Made by a program: the position numbers and the translations under genes. Positions 34,415 through 43,042 of a DNA stretch of 64,000 nt are shown here, piece by piece; position 1 is the stretch's first letter, and the number at the start of each line of letters is the position of its first letter. The stretch is taken from the IMG/VR virus record IMGVR_UViG_3300031996_000005, positions 552 through 64,551 of that record, one strand, 5' to 3'. The stretch comes from a virus (lineage: Duplodnaviria > Caudoviricetes). The notes under the pieces were generated by a model, which was not told the DNA's origin, did not search any database, and saw only the letters and a program-made list of their open reading frames with translations.

Positions 34415-34584
34415 AGCTCTACACCCTGACCATCAGCGCACACGTCGACGACTTGGAGACGCTCGACGTGCACCTGGACGCGAACGTGGAGATCTCCGAC
34501 CCGTCGTTGCAGTCGATCGCGCTGTCGATCATCCCCGCGCACCTGCGCAAGGTCGCTGACGACACAGAGCGACAGCAGTCGTGA
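34411..34584 (+). CDS. hypothetical protein (57 aa, not in ORF track)
   Basis: GAGGAGG RBS; ATGA and GTGA overlaps on both sides. Confidence 0.55.
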   Translation: MKLYTLTISAHVDDLETLDVHLDANVEISDPSLQSIALSIIPAHLRKVADDTERQQS

Positions 34585-34838
34585 CCGCCCCCGACGTCGA
34601 CCTGCGGGAGGCGCTGGCGCGGTGGCTACGTAGCCGCTACCCCGTGACGCCCAACGAAGCCCAGCGGGAAGCCGACGCCCTGCTGTCCGGCCCACTCGCA
34701 TCCCTGCTGACCAAGCTCCGGGCCGTGGAGGCGTTACGACAGGCGCTGGCCGGTCTCACGGAGGCTGTCGCTCGGGGCGATGAGCACGGCTTGGCTGAGG
34801 CCTACCGGGCCGCCCGCGGCGCCCTGGACGCGTCGTGA
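34581..34838 (+). CDS. hypothetical protein
   Basis: coupled ORF. Confidence 0.55.
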   Translation: MTAPDVDLREALARWLRSRYPVTPNEAQREADALLSGPLASLLTKLRAVEALRQALAGLTEAVARGDEHGLAEAYRAARGALDAS

Positions 34839-35068
34839 CCGCTCCCACCTGGGAATGGGTAGCCGTAGGACTTTACGCCGCGCTAGCCATCACCCTGCTC
34901 GCCTACATCTGGCACTGGGGCCACAAAGAAAAGCGCTACCAAGAAAAGAAGCGTGCCGAAGGAAACCCCTACTACACCGACGACATGCGCGTGTGGGGCG
35001 GCAAGCGATGGAAGCGAAAGCACCCCTACGTTGTCGCCAGTTCAATAGACCGGGAGGAAGCACCGTGA
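34835..35068 (+). CDS. small membrane protein
   Basis: WEWVAVGLYAALAITLLAYIWHW TM segment. Confidence 0.55.
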   Translation: MTAPTWEWVAVGLYAALAITLLAYIWHWGHKEKRYQEKKRAEGNPYYTDDMRVWGGKRWKRKHPYVVASSIDREEAP

Positions 35069-35442
35069 ACACGGTCGGCGCGATCGGGTTCCTGGTCTTC
35101 GCGTTCGTCGTTCTTGGGTTCATCTACTTCCTGACCGCCCGAGTTCAGCTGCTCTTGAACCACGCCGAGGAGCTCGTGGATCGCGCCACCCCCGAGCCCA
35201 GCATGTCCTGGTACAAACAGCTCAAGGCCGAGTGGTTGGCCGAGTATGAGGGGCGTGCAGTGGACGAGCCCGAGCCGATCACGCAACCCATCCAAGTCGG
35301 CCCGCCCACGGTGCCCACAGAAGCCGTCATCGGGGATGAGTGGGAGCAGCGGCAGAAGGCGATGTACGACGAGGCAATGGCCAACATCCAAGGAAAGGTA
35401 GCTACCCATGTCCCATCAGATGATCATGCCGGAGAAGCCTAA
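35065..35442 (+). CDS. membrane-anchored hypothetical protein
   Basis: GGAGG RBS, GTG 35065, N-terminal TM. Confidence 0.55.
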   Translation: MNTVGAIGFLVFAFVVLGFIYFLTARVQLLLNHAEELVDRATPEPSMSWYKQLKAEWLAEYEGRAVDEPEPITQPIQVGPPTVPTEAVIGDEWEQRQKAMYDEAMANIQGKVATHVPSDDHAGEA

Positions 35443-35986
35443 GCGCGGGTGGTACGCGCGGAAGCGGTTCATCATTCCGGCCGCACTGGGTGTCCTAGTC
35501 CTGGCTGCGGGAATCGCCGGCCAGAGCCCCGAGACACCCACCGCGGAAGCCGGGACCGGGGTCGCCGTGTCGACTGCCCCTGAGAAGGCCATGCCGCGGA
35601 TCGGGGAGCCCGCCTCGGATGGGGACTTCACCTTCGTCGTGTCTGGCGTGGACTGCAGTAGCACTCAGATCGGCGATAAGTACATCAACACCAAGTCTCA
35701 AGGCCAGTTCTGCATCCTCGACGTGGCCGTGACCAACAAGGGGAATTCGGCCGGGTCATTCTTCGGCGAGAATGCGAAGCTGTTCAACACCACGGGACAG
35801 GAGTTCTCTGCCGATACCGAGGCGTCGATCTACCTGCCGGATTCGTCTTCCCTGTATGAGGAGATCAACCCGGGCAACACCCTGAACAGCAAGGTGATCT
35901 TCGACGTGCCAGCCGACACCGTTCCGATGACCGTGGAGCTGCACGACTCGGCCTTTTCCAGCGGAGTTACCGTCGCGCTGCAGTAA
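35408..35986 (+). CDS. DUF4352-like membrane-anchored Ig-fold protein
   Basis: KRGWYARKRFII plus TM; IGEPASDGDFTFVV...INPGN...FDVP...LHDS. Confidence 0.8.
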   Translation: MSHQMIMPEKPKRGWYARKRFIIPAALGVLVLAAGIAGQSPETPTAEAGTGVAVSTAPEKAMPRIGEPASDGDFTFVVSGVDCSSTQIGDKYINTKSQGQFCILDVAVTNKGNSAGSFFGENAKLFNTTGQEFSADTEASIYLPDSSSLYEEINPGNTLNSKVIFDVPADTVPMTVELHDSAFSSGVTVALQ

Positions 35987-36054
35987 ATCGCACATGCGTT
36001 AGGCCCTCTACCTTTTCTCCAGGTGGGGGGCCTTTCGTGTGCCACCATGGTGGG

Positions 36055-36777
36055 ATGCCGATCAAGCTCAGTACCCCTCGAACCTTCGACTACGTCCCGA
36101 GGCTCGACGAGCGCAACCTCGCCCACCGGATCAGCGCAGACCCCTACGGCAGCGGCCTGGCGATGCGTTCCCGCTACTGGGTGCCGGGAAGCGTAGTTAC
36201 TAATCAGGGGAGCGAGGGGGCATGCGTCGGCCATGGCGTCGTCAACGAGGCGATGGCCTCGCCCGTGCGTGTCATCCCGGGCCGCAGATGGACAACCCTT
36301 CTCCATCGAGACGTCGAAGCCAACAACGTCGCTGCCACGGTCTACAGCCGCGCGAAGGAGATCGACGAATGGGAAGGCGTCGACTACGACGGCACCTCCG
36401 TCCGCGCCGGGATGCTCGTCGGCCGCGAACGAGGCTGGTGGGAGGGGTTCCGCTGGGCGCTCAACATGGGCGAGCTCCGGGCTGCCCTCGAGGAGGGGCC
36501 TGTCGTCATCGGTGTTGAGTGGCGCGAGGGGATGTATGACACCTGGATCGACGGGCAGGTCAGGGTCACGGGATCCACCGTCGGTTGGCACTGCCTGCTC
36601 GTGACGGGGTACGCGCCCAGCTGGAACGGCTGGGGTCGTCCTTACTACCGTTGGCGTAACTCATGGGGTCCGTCGTATGGGCGCAATGGCAGCGCGTACA
36701 TCCACGCCGACGATCTGAACTCGATCCTGTTCAAGGCCGGTGGCGAGGCTGCCGTGGCGATCGGGCGGAAGCTCTAG
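36055..36777 (+). CDS. papain-like (C1) cysteine peptidase
   Basis: NQGSEGACVG, GWHCLLVTGY, WRNSWG..YG.NG motifs. Confidence 0.85.
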   Translation: MPIKLSTPRTFDYVPRLDERNLAHRISADPYGSGLAMRSRYWVPGSVVTNQGSEGACVGHGVVNEAMASPVRVIPGRRWTTLLHRDVEANNVAATVYSRAKEIDEWEGVDYDGTSVRAGMLVGRERGWWEGFRWALNMGELRAALEEGPVVIGVEWREGMYDTWIDGQVRVTGSTVGWHCLLVTGYAPSWNGWGRPYYRWRNSWGPSYGRNGSAYIHADDLNSILFKAGGEAAVAIGRKL

Positions 36778-36873
36778 CCCCTCGACCTGGCCTTTTGATT
36801 TAAGGATGTGCTCGCAGCCACCTTTTTTCTCCCTGGACACTCGCCGGGGGAGGATTTAGGCAAGGATGGGGTC

Positions 36874-37176
36874 ATGACAACGACGAACCGACGAGTCCCC
36901 AACGGCCGACAGCACGATGAGCCCTCGCCTGGCTGGTCTGCGACGACCCTTACCGTCGCTGAGGAGATCGATGAGAACGAGGCGCTGAGGAACGCACTCA
37001 CCCTCGCCTACAGGCTGAAGCGTGAGCGTGAGTCGCTGACGAAGGATATCGATAGGCTGAGGCGTGAGCGTGAGTCGCTGCTCAAGGCGCTGAGGGAAGA
37101 GCGGGAGATCCGGCTCAAGCTGCAGATGAAGGCTGGCACGCTGCCCCCGCGCCACACCCACCCGCGCCTGGGATGA
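36874..37176 (+). CDS. coiled-coil hypothetical protein
   Basis: internal repeat (K/R)RERESL twice. Confidence 0.55.
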   Translation: MTTTNRRVPNGRQHDEPSPGWSATTLTVAEEIDENEALRNALTLAYRLKRERESLTKDIDRLRRERESLLKALREEREIRLKLQMKAGTLPPRHTHPRLG

Positions 37177-37445
37177 GCCTCACCGAACGGGACGCCGCCA
37201 TTCTGGAGGGTCTCGACCAGGTCCTACATGCCTTGACCAGACTGGGCGATGCCGTCGGTGAGGTCATCAAGGCCATTAACGTGCCCGATGTCGAGATCGC
37301 CGATCCACCGCCGAGGGGTGGTTATGAGGACCTGCGACACCGGTTGTGTGGGACGTGCGGTAAGCCGTCCTATCCCCACCCGTATCGACATTCGATCACC
37401 CCGCAACTCAACAGATACCAACGAGGTCATGGCACTCAGCCCTAA
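37173..37445 (+). CDS. hypothetical protein
   Basis: ATGA overlap; CGTCG..HPYRH. Confidence 0.5.
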   Translation: MSLTERDAAILEGLDQVLHALTRLGDAVGEVIKAINVPDVEIADPPPRGGYEDLRHRLCGTCGKPSYPHPYRHSITPQLNRYQRGHGTQP

Positions 37446-37673
37446 GTACGACAAGCGCAATCGCACCACAGGCGCCAAGCGATTCACCGGTCCTAGCCAG
37501 GCCGACATGCGGGGGCGGTCCGTTCCCCCGGAGAACCCGACGGGCCGGCTCGTTGAATCAGAGGACAGCCACGGTCTCACCGTCGTCCACTGGGCCCCTG
37601 CCGAGGGTGTGGACTGGACGTGTCCTGACTGCACGACGCAGCTGCGCCGAGCCGAGGACCGAGAGGGATCACC

Positions 37674-37877
37674 ATGGTCCATCGCTTGAGGCACGCCAAG
37701 TTCTGCTCGAAGTGGCCGGAGCTCGTAGACTCTCAGGGCCGGGTGACCTGCTCGTGTGGGGCACGATCGCGACGTCCACACCGTGCTACCAAGCAGCTGG
37801 ACGACCTGGTTCCGGAGGTTGATTCAGGCGGCCTGGTCAAGGCTCGCTTGAGGGCATTCTTTGGGAGGCTTCGATGA
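37674..37877 (+). CDS. hypothetical protein
   Basis: RBS GAGGGA; CSKW...CSCG. Confidence 0.45.
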   Translation: MVHRLRHAKFCSKWPELVDSQGRVTCSCGARSRRPHRATKQLDDLVPEVDSGGLVKARLRAFFGRLR

Positions 37878-38038
37878 GGGGAGGCCGGCCACCTAACCAC
37901 AAGTACCGGTGCGCAGACTGCGGCACCTTGCTCCTGCCTTGGGAGGGGCCTGAACCCACAATCCAGTCGGTGACCTTCTGCGATGCCGACTGCTATACCC
38001 GTTGGCGCAATCGTGGTGGCAGAAAACGGAGAGGCTAG
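37874..38038 (+). CDS. small zinc-finger-like protein (54 aa)
   Basis: CADC...CDADC; ATGA overlap. Confidence 0.45.
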   Translation: MRGGRPPNHKYRCADCGTLLLPWEGPEPTIQSVTFCDADCYTRWRNRGGRKRRG

Positions 38039-38496
38039 GGTTAAGAGCTATGGCGACGAAATCACGGCAGACCGAGAGCTCACCCCCCGTAGTAAATGCC
38101 AAGTGGCTGGCGTTTCACCACCTCGGCAGCGTCGTTACTGTGCACGGCCGGGATATCACGCTCACCCGCAAGATCTCTGGGCTCCCGGACTTTTACACCG
38201 GAGTGCTCACTTCCCTCCGCATGAACAAGAACGAGATCGTTTTGATTCTCGACATTCCCGGGGGTAGGTTCAGCCAGTCTCGAGTGATTGCAGCCGAGCT
38301 GTCGTGATTGTTACCGAGCACGCAACTCTGTTAGGTGCGGCCCACCATCGATACATCCACGAGGCTGACTTTCATGACCGAGTCAAGGGGGTTGTAGAAG
38401 AGCTGCGGGACACCGATCCCTCGGCCTCCCCCCAGACCCGTTTTCAGTGGTCTGAAGGTGTGATGATGGCCCTGCACATATCAGACATAGAGTCCG

Positions 38497-38808
38497 ATGA
38501 AGACCGCGAAACCGGTAGTCCAGCATAGGTCCTGGTGCGTACTCGACCATACGCACGGACGATGTGAGGAAAAGCGCGGAACTTGGGATAGGTCTACGAA
38601 TACCTATCAGTCGCAGCTCTCCGACGATGATCGACGCATGATTCTGCGGGCACTCATCCGTTATCGCAAGAATGGTGAGTCCCGCGAGTCCGTGATCGCC
38701 TGGGTTCAGACCCATCCGGGATTCGAGACCACGTCCGAGAACACGCTACAGACCTGGTACATGATCTATCTCAAGTACTGGAGGAGGGGGGAACGATGGC
38801 CGATCTGA
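38497..38808 (+). CDS. hypothetical protein
   Basis: 103 aa in run of overlapping small ORFs. Confidence 0.45.
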   Translation: MKTAKPVVQHRSWCVLDHTHGRCEEKRGTWDRSTNTYQSQLSDDDRRMILRALIRYRKNGESRESVIAWVQTHPGFETTSENTLQTWYMIYLKYWRRGERWPI

Positions 38809-38989
38809 GCTTGTCTGACTGGTTGGTCGAGCAGTCTCTACGGACGGGACAGAGTTCGGAGTACAAACGCGCGGAGCTCGACCGCAGTCCGTGCCCGCAG
38901 TGTCAGCACGACCGGCACCCCCAGGGGCGTTGCGGCTGCGACTGCCCATCTCCAACCATCCGAGCATTTGACTGCGACTGAAGGAAGCT

Positions 38990-39220
38990 ATGTCACTCGA
39001 TGAGATATTAGGGCCAATGGACGAGACGCCCGACCTGTCGGATCTGGCCGTTGTCACGCTGAACGCCCAGACCAGCGATGGCCGGCAGTACAGCATGGTG
39101 TGGTCGGCTGAGGAGGGCGCGCTGTCAATCAGCGAGGACGGGTTTTATGTTAGCCCGGCCTGCCAAAAGTGGACCTTCACTTTCATCCAAAAATCGCTCC
39201 CTAAGGAGCAGCCATCATGA
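38990..39220 (+). CDS. hypothetical protein
   Basis: AAGGAAG RBS. Confidence 0.5.
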   Translation: MSLDEILGPMDETPDLSDLAVVTLNAQTSDGRQYSMVWSAEEGALSISEDGFYVSPACQKWTFTFIQKSLPKEQPS

Positions 39221-39706
39221 GGAAGCTAGTTCTGAGCGGGCGCATCATCAAGCGAGGCGGGGTCATCGTGTACAGCGACCTAGTCGGACTGGAGACGCAG
39301 CAGTAGTGGGCTTCTCCGACCGACTCAGGGCTCTCGCGGGCCTGTCTCCCAGGTGCACGTGCGTCGATGAACTGCCCGATGGCAAGCACGACAAGACCTG
39401 TCCCCTGTATGAACCTCCGCGCACGCGGATCCGTCAAGCGTCGTTCGAGCATTCACACCGCGTGTGGGTGGCTCCCGATCCGCCCCGATCTTGGTTCGAA
39501 GGTCAGGGCATTGAGCGAGTGGAGAGGCAGCCCCTGAGGGGTCGTCGATGGTGGTGATTGCAGAGAACTGAATCCACACCTACACTCGCATTTGTTGGCC
39601 CTCGGTTCACCTGGTTCCGCACTTTCCTCGGGGTGCGTCAGTCGTCGTCATAACGCTGAGCCGGTGACCGAGGGCCGACGCATGTCTACCCCGAGGAGGT
39701 GGCACT

Positions 39707-40258
39707 GTGCCGCGTAAGCAACCCCTGTCCCAAAAGCCGGCCGCTGTGCGTGCGCGGATTGCGAAGAGCGCCAAGAACGCGGCCCGAGACGCCGAGATCC
39801 TTTACCAAAAGCCGATCTCTGACTGGGACATGGAAGAGCTGGCCCGGGGGCGCCCGAGGAACAGCGCAGGAAACTTCGCCGGACCGCGGCCGGTCTGGCT
39901 GACGCCGCTCATCATGAAGGAATCGCAGGACCGGCTGCGCATGCTCACTCGCCAAGAGCTCTCGGTCTACGCCGGTGATGCCGTGCGGGTCATGGCCCAG
40001 CTGATGAACGAGGACGGCATCGATGACGACGGAAAGCCCCTAGTTTCACCCTCGGTGCGACTGCAGGCCGCTACCTATGTGATGGACCAGGTCATCGGTA
40101 AGTCGACCACCCCGATCGAGCTCACGGGCAACGTCGTGCTGCAGACTCTTATGGCAGACGTCGTGGTAAACGATGAATCAGGTACTGTTGCTCATCCAGT
40201 AATTGAGGGTACCGTCGTTGAAGTCGATCCCGAGGAAGAAAATAAGGGGGGTGAGTGA
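39707..40258 (+). CDS. terminase small subunit (probable)
   Basis: GAGGAGG RBS; WDMEELARGRPR, RLQAATYVMDQVIGK; first gene of late region. Confidence 0.6.
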   Translation: MPRKQPLSQKPAAVRARIAKSAKNAARDAEILYQKPISDWDMEELARGRPRNSAGNFAGPRPVWLTPLIMKESQDRLRMLTRQELSVYAGDAVRVMAQLMNEDGIDDDGKPLVSPSVRLQAATYVMDQVIGKSTTPIELTGNVVLQTLMADVVVNDESGTVAHPVIEGTVVEVDPEEENKGGE

Positions 40259-40566
40259 TGCCTGAGAACCAGGAAATCACCGAACTGCCAGTCATTCCGG
40301 CGCCGGTTCCCGCTCCGGGCCCTCCGCCCGCGAGCAACGGTCGTCCGACGATTCGACGCGGTGACCAGGGTCAGCATGTTCGGGTCCTGCAGGCTCGCCT
40401 GGCGCGTGGATTCGCGCTGCTGAGCGACCAGCTTGGCGTTCTTGTGGTCGATGGCGATTTCGGTCCACGTACCGAGGCCTGGATACGTGAATTCCAGCTC
40501 CGATCGGGTCACCTGACCACTGATGGCGTCGTGGGCCCTCGCACTTGGAGAGCGCTCGGGCTATGA
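40255..40566 (+). CDS. stand-alone peptidoglycan-binding domain protein
   Basis: IRRGDQG..V..LQ..L...VDGDFGPRT...FQ...DGVVGPRTW. Confidence 0.85.
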   Translation: MMPENQEITELPVIPAPVPAPGPPPASNGRPTIRRGDQGQHVRVLQARLARGFALLSDQLGVLVVDGDFGPRTEAWIREFQLRSGHLTTDGVVGPRTWRALGL

Positions 40567-40582
40567 GCGGCGGAGTCCCCTG

Positions 40583-41416
40583 ATGGCCACCGTCGCGCAG
40601 ATCGTCGCCGAGCTCCGCCGGCGGGGTATCACCGTCCATGAGTGGGCGGGCTGGAATGGTCGAGGCAATGAGGGTGTCGCCCACATTGACGCGAAGGGCG
40701 GCATCATCCACCACACCGGCTCGAACTACGGGTCGGCATATGCGGGGCTAGTGGTGTCAACCCGACCGGATCTGTTCGGGGGGTGCCTGTGCAACTTCGC
40801 CGGGAACGAGAACGGGTCGCTGACCGTCCTGGCGTCCGGGCTCGCTTGGCACGCTGCCCCCTCTACCGGGCCATCGCTCGGTGCGCTCGCTCCCTACGGC
40901 AGGAATCTGAACCGCAACACCGTCGGCTTGGAAATCGTCTACCCCGGTAGCTCGCCAATGAGGAACGCCCAGTACCGGACGGCGCTGGTGTGGGCGAAGA
41001 CGGTCGCCGACCTGTGTGCGGGCGGCAACCTTGAGGCGATTCGGGCGCACGCCGAGGCGAGCTCCTCCGGCAAGTGGGACCCCGGCTACGCCACCGGCAA
41101 GACCATCAACATGACCGCGTTCCGCCGGGATGCCGCCGGCTCCGCCACCCCCGTGATCGCCCCGAGAGGACCCGAGATGCGCGTACTGCTCGCTACGGAC
41201 ACCGGCCGCGTGTACACGGCCACCGACACCGAGGTCGCCTACATCAGCGACCCGGCCGTGGCCACCGCCGCTGTCGCGGCCTGGGGCGAGGTGCAGAAGG
41301 TCACCCAGCGGCAGGTTGATCTGCTGTCGTTCGATGCCAATGCCCGCCGTGCCCGGGGCCGTCTGGAGATCGCTGATCAGGTGGCCGAGCGGTTGAACCC
41401 GGCCGCTGCGCGCTGA
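40583..41416 (+). CDS. endolysin, N-acetylmuramoyl-L-alanine amidase
   Basis: IIHHTG, AWHA, N..TVGLEI, H.E...GKWDPG. Confidence 0.88.
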   Translation: MATVAQIVAELRRRGITVHEWAGWNGRGNEGVAHIDAKGGIIHHTGSNYGSAYAGLVVSTRPDLFGGCLCNFAGNENGSLTVLASGLAWHAAPSTGPSLGALAPYGRNLNRNTVGLEIVYPGSSPMRNAQYRTALVWAKTVADLCAGGNLEAIRAHAEASSSGKWDPGYATGKTINMTAFRRDAAGSATPVIAPRGPEMRVLLATDTGRVYTATDTEVAYISDPAVATAAVAAWGEVQKVTQRQVDLLSFDANARRARGRLEIADQVAERLNPAAAR

Positions 41417-41610
41417 TCCGATGGCGCCGCTGAGAGACAAGAGGCCAGGTGAATTCGGCGGTGTGCCGGGTCGGATTCAGCCCGCCCCACACGAGCCGAC
41501 CAACTCTGAGACGCTGTCCCTGATCTACGCGACCGAATCCGCTCCTCCCATCGCGCCGGGACAGACGATTGATGAGGTTGTTCCCGCGACCAAGAGGATA
41601 AAGAAGTAGC

Positions 41611-42594
41611 GTGACGCAGCCTCCCGCCATTCTCACCTACGGCACGCTCAAGTGGTGGGTTGCGGCGTTCCTCGCAGACACAACGGCGGACACGAACGAC
41701 ATCCCCGACCTGAAGCCGGTCAATGGGTCCGCGTTCATCGTCGCGGATATCGCCGAAGACGGCTTGTTCATTTCCCAGGACACCGACACGCCGCTGACCA
41801 TCCTCAAGACGCGCATGGAGCTGCTCATCGTCGATGGGCACCTGCAGGACCGGGCGGGCAACCGTCAGGTCAAGGTGCTGGCGTGTGACTCGCCCGGCCT
41901 GTCGCAGAAGAACTGGCCTTATGTCCTCTCGTTCGAGCTCGATGACGGGCTGACCTTCGGGTCCTTCCCGTTCTACGTCTATACCGATGAGATCGTTGAC
42001 CTCACACAGCGAGCCCCCTTCGAGCTCGTCAACGGTGAACTCATCACCAAGGGTGACCCGGGTGAGGCGGCCACGGTCACGGTCGGGGAAGTCATCACGG
42101 TCGAACCCGACCAGCCGGCTGATGTTGACAACAGCGGAACGGTCAGCGACGCGGTCTTCAACTTCTACATTCCCAAGGGGCGAGACGGTACCGACGGCCG
42201 GAATGGCGAGAGCTACGGCGGTGGGTTCATCGTCCCACCGGTGGATCCCGGCCAGCCGCTGGAACTGACCGTGCAGAGCCGTTGGGGCATCTCCACGGCC
42301 ACCGGGGAGACGTATTACAACGAAGACGGTGTGGTTGGCGTCGAGGCTGCCCTCGTTATGCCGGATCCCTTCACCGGTAACTTCATCCTGTTCAAGCCGG
42401 GCGAGCCCGTTCCCGATATCGGTGAGGCAAAGGGAGAGCAGGAGGGGGTCATTCGCTGGAATGGTTCCGCCTGGAAGTTCAACGGTGTGACGGTCACCGC
42501 CCGACCGACCGCAGGGTATGAGTCTTACCGCTTCAAGGGGGGCACTGTCGCACCAACCTTTGGGGCAACAGGAGATTCCTGGGAAAGCGACTAG
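41611..42594 (+). CDS. virion structural/fibre adaptor protein with short collagen-like segment
   Basis: KGDPGEAATVTVG...FNFYIPKGRDG; C-terminal WNGSAW and RPT..GDSW. Confidence 0.6.
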   Translation: MTQPPAILTYGTLKWWVAAFLADTTADTNDIPDLKPVNGSAFIVADIAEDGLFISQDTDTPLTILKTRMELLIVDGHLQDRAGNRQVKVLACDSPGLSQKNWPYVLSFELDDGLTFGSFPFYVYTDEIVDLTQRAPFELVNGELITKGDPGEAATVTVGEVITVEPDQPADVDNSGTVSDAVFNFYIPKGRDGTDGRNGESYGGGFIVPPVDPGQPLELTVQSRWGISTATGETYYNEDGVVGVEAALVMPDPFTGNFILFKPGEPVPDIGEAKGEQEGVIRWNGSAWKFNGVTVTARPTAGYESYRFKGGTVAPTFGATGDSWESD

Positions 42595-42651
42595 CTAGGC
42601 TTTATGCATTACCATCTCCTGTAATCCCCGACTGACTTAAGGACTACCCCC

Positions 42652-42996
42652 ATGGCTCTGAACGACCCCGCCCTCGTCATCGGCGCAACTGCCATCAAGA
42701 ACGCGATCACGCACCTGCAGCTGCATTCGACCAACGTCGGTGGCACCTGGGCGACTGGCGCTGTCGGCACCCGTGTGGCCTCGACCGGTGCCGTTGACTC
42801 CGATGGTGACATCACCTGGAGCACGGTTAACTTCACCGGCCTCACCGCCAACCAGGCCATTGGTGGCGTCTCCTACTGGTCGGCTTCCACCGCGGGTACC
42901 AACTACGGCGGCTCGGCGACCTCCGGTGACGCGACGGCGAACTCCGCCGGGGAGTACACCGTGACCCTGATCTCGGAGAACAGCACCGCCTCCTAA
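42652..42996 (+). CDS. small virion structural protein
   Basis: 114 aa Thr/Gly/Ala-rich, LQLHS..YWSAST.G. Confidence 0.55.
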   Translation: MALNDPALVIGATAIKNAITHLQLHSTNVGGTWATGAVGTRVASTGAVDSDGDITWSTVNFTGLTANQAIGGVSYWSASTAGTNYGGSATSGDATANSAGEYTVTLISENSTAS

Positions 42997-43042
42997 TCCG
43001 CCGTGAGATCACCGGTCCAATCAATGTAACGAAAGGTGATCG

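Noticed and set aside
37021-37080. Direct repeat GCGTGAGCGTGAGTCGCTG
   Set aside because: Explained by a coiled-coil coding repeat (RERESL); no regulatory context.
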